64,000 nucleotides of DNA, taken from NCBI GenBank assembly GCA_951406725.2, contig OX597819.1, forward strand, positions 682,001 to 746,000, read 5' to 3'. This stretch comes from Octopus vulgaris (Eukaryota). The notes beneath the pieces are model-generated. The model was not told the origin of the DNA and did no database searches. It saw only the letters and a list, made by a program, of their open reading frames with translations. Positions 50,492 to 63,469 of this stretch are shown here, in pieces; position 1 is the stretch's first letter; each line of letters opens with the position of its first letter. Made by a program: the position numbers and the translations under genes.

Positions 50492-51631
50492 CTAGCAGTA
50501 TAGCCTAGCTTTGCTTGGGATTAAGTTAGGATTATTAAGCTAATCAAGCTCTTTATTTCAAAGCAAACTAAGTAACGTCGATGTCAAATTTGAATGAAAT
50601 CCGTTGAAATTGGTAAACTTTTGGGTGAAATTTTGCAGAAAATTTGATTGGGAAATCCCATAAGGAATCGGTTTATTGATTTTTTCCACTCATCGTTTTT
50701 TTTTTTTTTTTTGTTTTTGGAGAACTAAAAGCATTCAAAGATCCCATGAGTCCTAAGTAATGCTCGCATCAAGTTTGAACAAAATACATCAAAATTGGTA
50801 GACGTTGGAATATAGTGTAGCCAATTTTAGTGAGAAGTCCTATAAGGTATCGGTTTATCAATTTTTTTTATTCTGATTAAATGGAAAACCCCATAAGGAA
50901 TCAGTTAATTGATTTTTCACCCAAATAGGACTTAACCAAACATTGCTGATTCAAAAACATCGATATTTATACTTTAAAGTTGGTTTTCATACCCAACCCA
51001 GTTCTGCAGAATCAGTGTCGCGATGGGAGCACATGGGTTGGGAGTTTGATCGGCAGAGGTGATCAGGTTGCATATGCCAACTCTTTTGAAAACACCACCG
51101 CCATCATGTAACCCCACTTAGCCCATGGGTTGGGAACCCTTCCAGCAAGGAAACTAGAATGCCCAAAAGGGCCCCCGATCCTCTGTATGAGAAGCAGTTA
51201 TGTTCAGATCAGAACTAAGTATATATATATATGGGCAACACACACACACAAACATATACATACATACACCTATTGCATACATGTTTTTGCACGCCTTTGC
51301 CCATGCCCCTGTCCCACCACCACCACCTCCTACCCGAGTAATACCATCAATTGAAGCAGATTTGGCACCCGGACATAAGTTTTGTAACAGGAATAGAGAA
51401 ACCTACCTTCTCCAGCAGAGATGTGAGAGTCAGATCTCTCCATTCGAAAACATGAACAGTTTCGAAACATTGTTTACAAAATAATATCTGATTGTTTGCG
51501 AAGGAGTGTTTCTACAGTCTTCTGCTATCCCCCATGTTCACACATGACCAGCTATAAATCGCTATGAGTAGAGCAACGGATTCAGCTAATTTGGAAGTTA
51601 GTTGTGGAGAAACGGAGAATATCGTTTATAT

Positions 51632-51678
<47 letters not shown>

Positions 51679-52060
51679 GGTCAACACACATTGCATGCAT
51701 GTGCTTTGTATGCATACATGCTCGTGTGTGTGTGTGTGACTGAAGCCATTCACACATACATACATAACACCTGTCTGTCTGTTTTTGCCTGTCATTCACT
51801 CTTTCTCTTTACACCATCGCTATTGTAAACAATAATGGCATCACTACAGTGGATTTCTCCACCGTGAAAATTGAAGTTATGGCTAAAAATTATTTACCGC
51901 TATTCACGGGTGCCTTGGGGGAAAATAATTTGATGAAAATACAGCTAGGGTCGTGACGAATGTCCTCCTAAAATTTGAGCAACATGCGTGCTAATTTGTG
52001 GATATGCATAAACTACATTCACGTACACACACACACATCCTGCCTTATATATATATATAT
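50492..52060 (-). mobile_element. Second non-autonomous Helitron-like element
   Basis: A|CTAG terminus with an adjacent decayed hairpin (cctagctttgcttggg); other end acacacatcctgccttatatata; internal repeats cc(c/t)ataagg(a/t)atc(g/a)gtt x3. Confidence 0.6.
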
Positions 52061-52425
52061 ATATATATATAAACCATTAAAAGTCAGAAGGTATGAGAGA
52101 TTTATATATTCATTTAATCACTTGAAATCCTTAGGATTACAGCCACATTACAGTCTTCTTCATATAGTAATAATTTCAGTGTGGAATAAAATTATACAAT
52201 ACAACAGTATATTTGCAAATCAATGCAAATAAAGAAAGCTAGCTCATCAGATCACCAGAACATCATGGTTACATCAATGATTCAACTTCTAAGGATGTCA
52301 AGTAATTAAATATATTCATTTCTCATAACTCCTAACTTTTTATGATTTATATACTATCCTAAAATACAATAGCTGTTTCAACACATGATTTCACATCAGG
52401 AGTCTTGCAACACAAATTCATAAAC

Positions 52426-52468
<43 letters not shown>

Positions 52469-52498
52469 GAAATAATATATTTCTAAATCTCTCAGAGA

Positions 52499-52578
52499 TA
52501 GTGTCTTCTACTATAGCCTCGGGCCGACCAAAGCCTTGTGAGTGGATTTGGTAGACGGAAACTGAAAGAAGCCTGTCG

Positions 52579-52609
<31 letters not shown>

Positions 52610-52838
52610 GTATGTGTTTGTGTCTGTGTTTGTCCCCCTAGCATTGCTTGACAACCGATGCTGGTGTGTTTATGTCCCCGTTACTTAGCGATTCGGCAAA
52701 AGTGACCGATAGAATAAGTACTGGGCTTACAAAAGAATAAGTCCCGGGGTCGAGTTGCTCGATTAAAGGCAGTGCTCCAGCATGGCCGCAGTCAAATGAC
52801 TGAAACAAGTAAAAGAGTAAAAGAGTAAAAGAGAGAGA
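52499..52838 (+). mobile_element. Same SINE family, 5'-truncated, (GTAAAAGA)n tail
   Basis: Aligns to 27220-27565; splits the first copy of the direct repeat of the 351-bp unit. Confidence 0.85.
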
Positions 52839-53018
52839 GATTTATGCAGTAGTGATACAATAAAGTAGTTGTATGCTGTCAACGTAATGTGACAGTCCCA
52901 TGAAGGGAATGATACTACTGCTATTTAGCCCTAGGAAGCAGCACCACTTCCTGTCAGCATTGACATATTTCCTGTGTCCTTATGTTTACAAGGGGGAGAT
53001 AAGCACCCCTACCCAGCT

Positions 53019-53082
53019 AAGCCAGCACTCAGAGACTAGTTTCTGAGTCATTGCTCGTCTTCAGTCTGGAGTAGCCTGGCTT
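53019..53082 (-). ncRNA. Minimal type I hammerhead ribozyme
   Basis: Minus strand AAGCCAGGCTACTCCAGA-CTGAAGA-CGAG CAATGA CTCA-GAAAC-TA-GTC-TCTGAGTGCTGGCTT. Long bulged stem I, palindromic ACTAGT stem III; first stem II pair is C.A. Confidence 0.8.
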
Positions 53083-53255
53083 GCTACCTGGAGATGCCTA
53101 TCTAGCCCCTGTAAACATATAATTATCCTAGCGAAATACATTCACTGATTTCAAAAATAGAAATAATACATTTTTAAATCTCTCAGAGAGATTTATGCAG
53201 TAGTGATACGATAAAGTAGTTGTGTGCTGCCAACTTTATGTGACAGTCCCATATG

Positions 53256-53302
<47 letters not shown>

Positions 53303-53304
<2 letters not shown>

Positions 53305-53549
53305 GAGCACTCCATCAGTTACAACAATGAGGGTCCCAACTGATATGATCAACAGAACAGCTTACACATGAAATTAACATGCAAGTGGCTGAGCAGTTGA
53401 AATACAAGTACTACTCGCTTTTGCCAACTGAGTGGACTGGAGCAACATGAAATAAAGTGTCTTCCTCAAGGACACAATACATTACTGGGGATTGAACTCA
53501 TGACCTTATGCTCATGAGCCGAATGCCCTAACCACTAAGCCATGCGCCT
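53303..53549 (-). mobile_element. tRNA-head SINE of a second family
   Basis: Minus strand AGGCGCATGGCTTAGTGG (A box) ... GAGTTCAATCC (B box), followed by a tgtgtccttgagg domain. Confidence 0.75.
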
Positions 53550-53565
53550 TCACACACACACATAT

Positions 53566-53596
<31 letters not shown>

Positions 53597-53713
53597 ATGA
53601 TAATAATAATAATAATAATAATAAAGGGTAAAATTAATTAATCAATTAATAATTAATAATTTTACCAAGTAGTTCGGTATGTTAAAAAAACCATTATCAG
53701 TAAACTTATATAA

Positions 53714-53984
53714 AAATTCTATAATTATGAGCATAATTATAATTAGGGTTCAGCAAAATTTGCTTCACCACATACTGAAATTTAGAAATAGCAGTTAAAA
53801 TACTATTCTACTACCATATCTCCCAGACAGCAGTACTCTACAACTTTGTTAGAGTTGTAGAGTATTGCTGTCTGGGAGATATGGTAGTAGAATAGTATTT
53901 TAACTGCTATTTCTAAATTTCAGTATGTGGTGAAGCAAATTTTGCTGAACCCTACTTATAATTATGCTCATAATTATAGAATTT
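53714..53984. repeat. Near-perfect inverted repeat, 132-bp arms and ~7-nt loop
   Basis: 53714-53845 versus the reverse complement of 53853-53984; two mismatches seen. Confidence 0.95.
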
Positions 53985-54002
53985 ATACATATATATATAT
54001 AT

Positions 54003-54387
54003 TCTTTACTCTTTTACTTGTTTCAGTCATTTGACTGCGGCCATGCTGGAGCACTGCCTTTAGTCGAGCAAATCGACCCCGGGACTTATTCTTTGTAAGC
54101 CCAGTACTTATTCTATCGGTCTCTTTTGCCAAACTGCTAAGTGACGGGGACGTAAACACACCAGCATCAGTTGTCAAGCAATGCTAGGGGGACAAACACA
54201 GACACACAAATATATACACATATATACAACAGGCTTCTTTCAGTTTCCATCTACCAAATCCACTCACAAGGCATTGGTCGGCCCGGGGCTATAGCAGAAG
54301 ACACTTGCCCAAGATGCCACGCAGTGGGACTGAACCCGGAACCATGTGGTTGGTTAGCAAGCTACTTACCACACAGCCACTCTTGCG

Positions 54388-54389
<2 letters not shown>
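54003..54389 (-). mobile_element. Same SINE family, full length; partial copy at 54434-54581
   Basis: Reverse complement aligns to 27138-27565. Further decayed heads at ~28727, 32990, 33704, 38295, 41593, 56843, 59670 and 62760. Confidence 0.85.
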
Positions 54390-54431
<42 letters not shown>

Positions 54432-57400
54432 ACTTCTTTCAGTTTCCGTTTACCAAATCCACCCACAGGGCTTTGGTTGGCCTGAGGCTGTAGTAGAAGA
54501 CACTTGTCCAAGTTGTCTTACAGTGGGGCTGAACCCAGAACCATGTGGTTGGGAAGTAAACTTCTAACCACACAGCCATACCTTTAAACAATTTAAAAAA
54601 CTGTTTTCTAATAGGTCTAGAGACTAAAATTATGGGTAATTCTGAGGAAGAGAGAAAATATGAAGAATGAAGTAAAGGCACTTAAAACAAAATCAAAAAT
54701 AAAATTAAAAAAAAAATTCCTGTTACATGGTTAAATGTTTGGTAAGACAGAATAGAGCTGAAGCAGAACAGAGGATATCTTTGTAAAATCAGAGAAGCTC
54801 AAAGTAGAGACGGAAATTCCTAGTTGGTGCACAAAACCCTAACCTTCTCACCAGAAACTATTGTATAATGAAGTAAAATGTTAAAAAGAGACAGTTGATT
54901 ACATTGTTTTTGAAAGCTCTGTCTTGAACACAATAAAACACATTAGAGAGGGATGGCAAAGTTGGAGGATACATACAATTGCAATTGTTCATATACAATC
55001 CAAACATTGGACAAGTGGTATAAATACAAACCACAAAATGTCACAAAGTAAGAATGAATGCAACAATGCATTCATTGAATACAGATTGGCAGCTTCTCTT
55101 TTGGAATAACCTATTTTGACTTTTTTTTTAACATTTGCTCATGGCCTACATTAAATTATATCATATCTTACATTATATCTTACATATAAAAATATCAGGT
55201 TTCTCGCCATTTTCACCACTGGTTATGTGAGCAAAAATTGGACAAACTATGACTCAAAAGACAGTGTAAAAACCATCAATTGCTCAATGGCTCTTGAACA
55301 CATTAAATTTCAAATTCTTATAGAAAGATCTGGAGCTTGTAGAGAACACCTTAGTATCTTGCTTGTGTGCCACAGCCCATCTGTTGCTGCTCTCTGCTTT
55401 AGAGCATGTCAGTTATCCTTTTGACAGATAAATTGTTGTGATTTTAGTTTTGATCACATGATTTTGATTGTCTTGATTGCTGTTATATGCCTGCAGTGCA
55501 ACTGCGCGGAGTTCTGTTATGTTTGCAGCACAACATGTTCAGCGTTGATTTTAGTTAGTCGAGAATGTAGCAACTCGCTGCATAATAATGTTATTGCGTT
55601 GAAGTTTGGTTTTGCTTACAATTTAGCAATATTTGTTTGTATTGTATATTGCTGTATTTTTAGTCAATTAAAACCTTTTAAAACTTTGATATTCGAGTTT
55701 GGGTTTTTAAACAATAATCAAAGACAATAGGCCAAAAATATTATCGATAAATATAAATTCCAGTGGACAATAACATAGCTATAAAAAATTGAAGAACTTA
55801 TTCAAATATAAAAATCTGAACACTAGGACATCTGCTGTATGGAGATGGAAACAAGAAATCCTCATCATAATAACAAGATGAAAAGAAGATAAAGAAAAGC
55901 ATGAAATCAAGATCCTAAGGACATATACAACATATCAACATGAAAAGTACATGCTTATGTTGGTTTTACAGCAACAGAAGAAAACTTCAATGTTACATTG
56001 CTTGCATCATATTGATATTTTGGATGTTTTGCCTTTCAGATGCTATGATGTTGATGAAAAATATGTCTTCAGGACTCTGGTTTAATGGGATTGAAACCTA
56101 GTACTTGGCATTCATTTGTACAACATTCACTTTAACTGTGAAAAAGAGCAGAGGTTTAGTCTTTCTATTGTTGCATTGTAGCTTTTTTCCTTGAACTGCT
56201 AAACTTTGGAACCCTCTTCCATCTCATTGTTTTCCTCTTATGATCTAAACTCTTTCAAGTCTAAAGTAAATTCATTCCTTTCATCTTAATTTCTCCTTCT
56301 TCATAGTTCCTTATGCTAAGTGGCTTCTCACTTTGCTTGGGACTTATAATAATGATGATGATGATGATAATAATAATAATAATAAAAAGATTGTGGGTCA
56401 TTATGGATTTCCATTTACAAAATTTCATTGGACATTTCAATTTTTCATTATGGCCTGTCTGAAAGCTTTCCATTTTACGCAGTGGTCATAGAGCAAAATA
56501 CTGCTATTCGTAATCTTATCAAAGCAATAAAATGCCACTAAATCAAAATTTAACATTCATGGAATACTAAATTTGGTTAATAACTTAGAATTATTAATAT
56601 ACTGTTCAACACATTAAAATTGAATGAATAATTTCTTTCTGTCTGGGACTAGTTTTGTAAACATGTCATGGTGCATCATTTATAATTTCTGAGAATTTCA
56701 GTTTTGCCAATGGAAGTAGGACACTCATCAGTACAACAAAGAAGAACGAAGCAGTATGAGTTGCCAATATTGAAATTTAAAAAAATTGCCTCACAAATGT
56801 TCTCTAAAATTCAAACCTTTGCCTTACGAATATAATTATCAGGCATGGCTGCGTAGATAAGAAGTTCAATTTGTAACCACATGCTTTCAGGTTCTATCCT
56901 ACAGTGTGGAACCTTGGGTTGACCAATACTTTGAAATTCATAGACAGAAACTGAACAGAAGCCTTTCAAGTATATATATATATAAATAAATGCATGTATA
57001 AGCATGTATGTATGTGTGTATGCATAAATGTTGACTACTTGCCTCTTTGCATATTACCACCTGAGCAAAATGGTGATATGTTTATTTTCCCAGTAAACAA
57101 TGCATCCTGTGGCTCTACACATTCAAGGGCCAGTGGAAGAAAAAAATTTCTAACTTGAAAAATACTTAAGGGTTGGTAATAGAAAAAGTATCTAGTTGTA
57201 AAATACTTCTCCAAATACATCTTCATCCAATCCATGCCACCATGGAAAAAAAAACATAAAACAGATGAACTAATATAATCTTCAAAATAATATAAGATCA
57301 TCAACATTCTAATCCCTAAATGTATTGTGCACATAAAAGAAAGTAAAATGGTCAAAAAACCTTTAAACCATAAGATTTATTTTGTAATTCTTTTTAGTTG

Positions 57401-58307
57401 TCATTTAATATCTCATAAACCAAAAAATTAAAAGGGTTTGGAGAAGTGTATAACAAATGGTATAGATTGAGATCAATATGTTGATGGATAGAAAACATCA
57501 ACAACTGGGCAGAGCCTGAAAATCCTCATTAAGAAAATACCGGTTCAATACAAGATTAACATAATTCTTAATAAAATCTCTTATTGCTTGATAATCCTTG
57601 TAGGATATTTTGGGGATAGTTTAATAGACAAAAGCTAATCAATCATATTTGAAGGATCTACAGTTTGATTTTAAATTTCGATCACATTTGTTATTAGTAC
57701 TCATTTCATCATCTCAAAGTAGATGAATAAGGCAGGCTTCAAAATCAGAATATAACTGACACATAACAACCAATCAATCTTTTAGGCTAACCTACAGTTA
57801 ATATAGTTTTATCTTACTATATGCATACATACTGATATCATTTTCCCAACTATATACTTTAAGTCAAATAAAGGCATTTGTTTAAAAGTAGAACATATTA
57901 CTGCAGTGACTGAAGAGAATTTATCAGTTTTGGTAGTTGATGATAATGATGACAACTATATTGTCTATACTTTAGAACAAAGTATTCGTCTTCTCTACTT
58001 TCATTGATGTGTCTTGCATAAGATATTGCTCTTAATCCTTTGTTCGTAATTTTTTTCTAAAATTATCAACTAACTGTTCCTTTAAGCTATTGACATGTAA
58101 CAATTCAAATTTCCTCAATTTTATCACACTATGACAAATTCAAGCCACCTCAGACAAATTAATAATAAGAATCTTTCTTCAAGAATGTAAATGCACTAAA
58201 TATATTGAGGTAATGTTTGAAAATATAAGTTAAAAGTTTGAATAAAAATCCTTAATGAAAAAGAGAAAAAAAATCAGCTATCTATGGGAATTTAGATGTA
58301 TACTTAC

Positions 58308-58416
58308 TTTCTTTTCTGAAAGATTTAAGGCTCTTGTATGCAGTTGCCTTGCATATGATTTAGACCAATCTATTGGAAGTAAGTTACCAAAGTTTCCTGT
58401 AATTGTCCACCACATT
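58308..58416 (-). CDS. unc-76: unc-76/FEZ (fasciculation and elongation protein zeta) internal coding exon
   Basis: Minus strand: tttgttttatAG | A ATG TGG TGG ... AAG AAA | GTAAGT; 109 nt. Translates MWWTITGNFGNLLPIDWSKSYARQLHTRALNLSEKK, matching the conserved UNC-76/FEZ block (WWTITGNFGN.LPIDWSKSY). Ends in phase 0. Confidence 0.93.
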
Positions 58417-60420
58417 CTATAAAACAAATAAGAAAAAACATTAGAAAATGAATTTCAAATTAGAAAAGGACATGTAGCTTAGTGCTTGGTGTGCAAGGTT
58501 TGCAATCATAAGAGTGTGGATTCAATTCCTGGACTACATGGTATATTGTGTCTAAATGCAAAGCACATTTAATTTCTGAAATGAAAAGTACCAGTTTCAA
58601 CAATCTATTCATTTACTCAAGTCGAGGTCAGAAATTTTGATATGATCTTTATGAATTTGTTATTTTTTTTCTATCACATCAGATTTGTTTCGGAAGTATT
58701 AAAAATATTTAAAGATAGAATTCTGTCTAACAAGAGAACCACCAGATCTCCCTTGCATTTTTTTTGTTTTGTTTCTCTTATGAGCTATGTGGCTGCTCCT
58801 GTACAGTTTATGCAGCCAGATGCTTTGTAATTCCACCTTTCTTATACACATATATCAATGCAATCATTCTTCAAAAAGAACTTTATTAGTTGACAGGACA
58901 AGATATTGAAAAATATCTTCTCTTCAAAGCTAATAATGAGATGGTCCTAAACTGCTTGATCTTAGAATTTTTTCCCTTAGAAATCCAAACATCCTCAGTA
59001 CAGCTCCACTGGTTGGTAACTCTTTCCCTCCACCAGACCACTTTCAGCATCTTCCAGTGTTATTAAAGGTATTTCAGACAATATTTATAAACACTGTTTA
59101 AAACACTATTTAAAAAAAATAAAAGAAAAACTGTACAGTACTCCGCTAGGCTCTGGAGCACAAGCTGACCTTGTTACCTTAAAGACTTCCTAAACTTCCT
59201 TTCAGTTTTGTTCATTTTTATTAAACTAAGTCATTTGGGGTGCTGAGCTTGCCATAATAGTTGAGATTAAAATGTAGAAAATGCATTATTACAATCACAC
59301 TTAAATTATGGTTTTAGACAGCTGTTTGTAATCTGGCATATTTCTGTTTCCATTCCAAAAAATGTTAGCCAGGCTTCAAACTTAATTTAAGACCCACATT
59401 AAAAATTTATTTCTATAACTTATGGTCCAATATAAATACCAAATTTTAATCTTGTTTCAGTTACAACTTATGGTAAAAGTATTTCAATATTCCTCTATCT
59501 TTAGCATGAGCTTTACAAAATGTTTCATACACCTCAATTTCATGTACAACAGAGCTACTAGAACTTTGCTTAAATGTATAAGAACTGTAACAGCATTTTC
59601 AAATCCTGGCAAAAATTCCTATCAAAGTGACCGGATTTTCTGATGAAAATAACACAAGTCAGTCTTGCTGTTCCTAGATATCAAAAAACACATGCTTTTT
59701 AGGTTCAATCCAATTGCATGACACTTTGAGCAAGTGTCTTAACAATAGCTTCAAGTTGACCTATGCTTTGAAATGAAATTAGGTAGAGGAAAATTGTACA
59801 TAAACATGCCATCATTGTCATCATGATCATCTACTTTCTATGTTGGTATGGATTGGATGGGTCATTATGATTTGACTCAGTTGTATTTGGAGTTAATGTC
59901 CTCCTCAATAGGTCAGAGGACAATGTGTCCTTGAACATTTTTATGTATGGCATAGTTTCAGTGACTAGCTGCATTTTATTGTGGCACCAGTACTACAGGG
60001 GTTGTTATGTCCTTGATAAGACATGACAACCTCATTGTGTTCAACGACTTAGTGGTTGCAACATCTGAAAACCAGAAGATAAAGTACCTAGAAAACAAAC
60101 AAGAGTTGGTATCAGGAAGGGCATCCAGCTGTAGAACACTGTTTCAAGTCTTGTCTAAGTTACACCAGCATGGGAAAAATGGATACAATGATGATAATTT
60201 GGGTTTTGAAATGCAATTAAAAATTTAAGAAATAAACAAAAAAAAATGTGTTTGAAATAATAAATTGATGTAGATTTGCTATGATTCACATTAAAAAAAT
60301 TAAGGTGAAAAGACAGTGAAGAAATAACAGAGAAGAGAGAAAGTGAAAAGTAAAAGCATAAAAGTTTTTGTAAAAGACAGATAGCTTAGCCATGTGCATC
60401 TAATAAATATGCATGTGTAA

Positions 60421-60467
<47 letters not shown>

Positions 60468-61229
60468 GCATGTGCCATCAGTAATTACTCAAGGTAGGCA
60501 ATTGATGATGTTTATGTAGTAAAACATACAAAAAAATAAGCGAAACACAGCCACACGACTGAGTTGGAGGCAGATTTATTTCTGCCTTTATGGCGCGTAA
60601 AGAAAACGTAGGAATGTACACACCATGCGTACTACAGTAATTCGATGCATAACTTTAATACTGAGATTGAAAGGCAGGGGCAAATTATGCCTACCTAATC
60701 TACAAAAAAATAAAATATTTTGCATTTTATGCTTAGTAATCAGTGTAACCTTCAAAGTTTTATTGAATTAGGTGCATATTTTGCCATAAAAGGAAAATGT
60801 TAATATCAATCTATTTTATTCAGGGTAGGCACTGCCTACCTTGCCTACCCAGGCAAGGTATATATATGTATATCATATATTCTTTCCACTTGTGGTTATT
60901 CTATCTTTTCTTCCTCCCTAATTGTTTCTTGCTATATCTCTTGTCTTTTTCTTTTGTTCTCACCACCATTCAATAATTCTCACTTGTTCTCAACACCACT
61001 TATTTCTTTCACCCTATCTTAATCTTTCTTTCTGTCCCTTTTTCTAATCATGTCTGTTCATACTCTTCTCTCTTTGTTACTCTTTCACACTTCTACCCAT
61101 CTTCCTTGAACTGTGCAGAGGGAACAAAATTTGTTACTCTCATCCTGCCTTCTCTTCTTCTTTCTTCCTTTCATTCATGCTCTTAGCATGTGTAATTTTT
61201 CTAGCCTCGACAGAAGACTACCATATATA

Positions 61230-62460
61230 TTTATCAAATCTTTAAGAATGAAATATCTGATTTTGAAATGAAAGTTTATTTTACTTTATCTCAACAAAAA
61301 GCAATGCAGTTAATCAAAGTATGCACCTAAATTATCAACACAATTTTGCCATTTTATCAGTAGCTTATTTATGCCAGCAGTGAAGAATTCTGGAGAACAA
61401 GAGATGATGAAATCATGAAAGGCTGTTTTGACAACTTCTTCAGATTTGAAGTTTTTTCCTCACAAAAAGTTGTCAAATGCCTGGAAAACATGATCTGTTG
61501 AATATGGAGGATGACAGAGTACTTCCAAGTTCGGTTCCTGTAACTTGAGTAGCATTCTTTGTGCAATATATGGTCGAGCATTATCTTGCAAAGGAATTGG
61601 CCTTTCTCTATTGACCAATATCAGTTGTTTAATTGAACGTTCACTCATCATTTCATCCAAATTGGTTGATGTATGCATCCGCTGTTATTGACTTACCAGG
61701 TCTCATGAAGCTGTAGTGGGTGACACCATTAGCTTTTTTTACTTGGTGAATATTCTTTTTTGGATTGTGCTTTGGCACTTCATCTCTATCCAACCACTGT
61801 ACAGAGCGCTTTGCTATTGTTGAAAAGAATCCATTTTTCATCACATGTAACAAAACGATGCAAAAATGGTTTGCTTTTATGCCGTGACAGCAAAGAACAG
61901 GAAGTTTCAACATGATGTGTCATTTGATGCTCGTTCAGTTCATTTGGTACCAACTTGTCAAGCTTCTTTACCTTTCTGATTTGTTTCAGATGGTCCAGTA
62001 CAGTTGGAATTGAAACATCAAACCTTGCTGTTAACTCACATGTAGTTTGAGATGTATCCACTTCCACTACAGTTTCCAGCTCATCATTATCCACCTTGGT
62101 CTCAAGTCTACCATGGAGCTGATTTTCAAGAGTAAGGTCACCAGACTGGAACTTCTCACACCATTGACGTACAGTGCATTCATTCACCACATCTTCACCA
62201 AACATCTCATTGATATTTCAAGCTGTCTAGGGAACTTATTCATAAACAACATGAATTTTTGATCTATCCAAGGGTTCATAAAAATATACTTACAAGAGCA
62301 AACTCACAATATAATCAGACACCATGAATTGCATTTCAAAAAGTGATGATGTAATTCTTCAATGTTGTAAAACAAAGAACTGTCAGGATAAAACAGAGTT
62401 AACAACTGTCAAACTTCATGCCTAAGAAAATTGGACACTTCATTCTTAATGACCTGATAT
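61230..62460 (-). mobile_element. Ancient mariner remnant
   Basis: VRQWCEKFQSGD, LVPNEL, VTCDEKWI, LQDNARPY, HPPYS across broken frames. Confidence 0.85.
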
Positions 62461-62899
62461 GAGGCTTATGAAACTGTATTACATGTATCTATCAATAGTT
62501 TTCCACCTCATTTGCATGGCATCCTTCAAATCTGTGTCTTCCAAACTTCCATCACTTTAATTATATAAACTATCACTGACACACCAAAAAGGGTAGTACC
62601 ATTGAATTTAAAGTCCTTGGACTTTAAATGCACAAAACTACACCAATTCTGGTTTCTATGGCTGAGAAAAAAAGTTCCATATTTAATTGTTTCTTTTTGT
62701 TAACTGTTTCTATATTTCCACTTCAATTTTTACCACACATACACACACACACACGTTTATAGGCTTAGGCATGACTGCATGATTAGAAGTTTGCTTCCTA
62801 ACTACTGTAAGTCAATCAAAGCCTTGTGAGGTGGGTTTGGTAGATGGAAACTGAAAGAAGCCTGTTGGGAGTGTGTGTATGTATATATATATATATATA

Positions 62900-63130
62900 T
62901 GGTACTAGCAATGACTACAACTACAATGCATGGATGCTATTTACATGGCACCAGCACTGACCATGACTACGACGATTCATGGGTACCCTTTACATGAAAC
63001 TGGCAACAACCACAACTATGACTCATGATTACATGGCACAATCAATGACCATGACTATGATTCATGGGTGCCATTTATATGGCACTGTCAAAGACCAGAA
63101 CAATTCATGGGAGCCATTTACATAGTTGTG
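62900..63130. repeat. Degenerate ~45-bp minisatellite (~5 units)
   Basis: Recurrent gaccatgacta...attcatggg...tttacatggca. Confidence 0.65.
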
Positions 63131-63384
63131 AATCAAAGTTGTGGCTGTTGCTGGTGTCACATAAATGGCACCCATGCTGGTGGCACATAAAAGCATCCAT
63201 TACACTCCTAGAGTGGGTGGCGTTAGGAAAGACATCCAGCCATAGAAACCATGCCAAATCAGATTGGAACGTGGTGCAGCTCTCTGGCTTATTAGCTCCA
63301 GTCAAACCGTCTAACCCATGCCAGTATGGAGAGTGGACATTAAATGATGATGATGATATATATATACACACACATGCAAACATG

Positions 63385-63428
<44 letters not shown>

Positions 63429-63438
63429 TGCAAATATG

Positions 63439-63469
<31 letters not shown>

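Larger units (their letters stand above)
52464..53252 (-). mobile_element. 351-bp partial-tandem element carrying a minimal hammerhead (retrozyme/Penelope-pLTR-like)
   Basis: ~95-bp direct repeat at 52464-52901 (split by a SINE) and 53155-53252, period 351 bp; flanked by TA tracts. Confidence 0.7.

Noticed and set aside
53480-53549. Possible tRNA gene
   Set aside because: A and B boxes are present but there is no convincing cloverleaf, and it runs into a SINE body; the same applies to the other SINE heads.
60465-60860. Possible hAT/MITE with ggtaggca/tgcctacc repeats
   Set aside because: Subterminal repeats are visible, but no clear TIR pair or TSD could be defined by eye.
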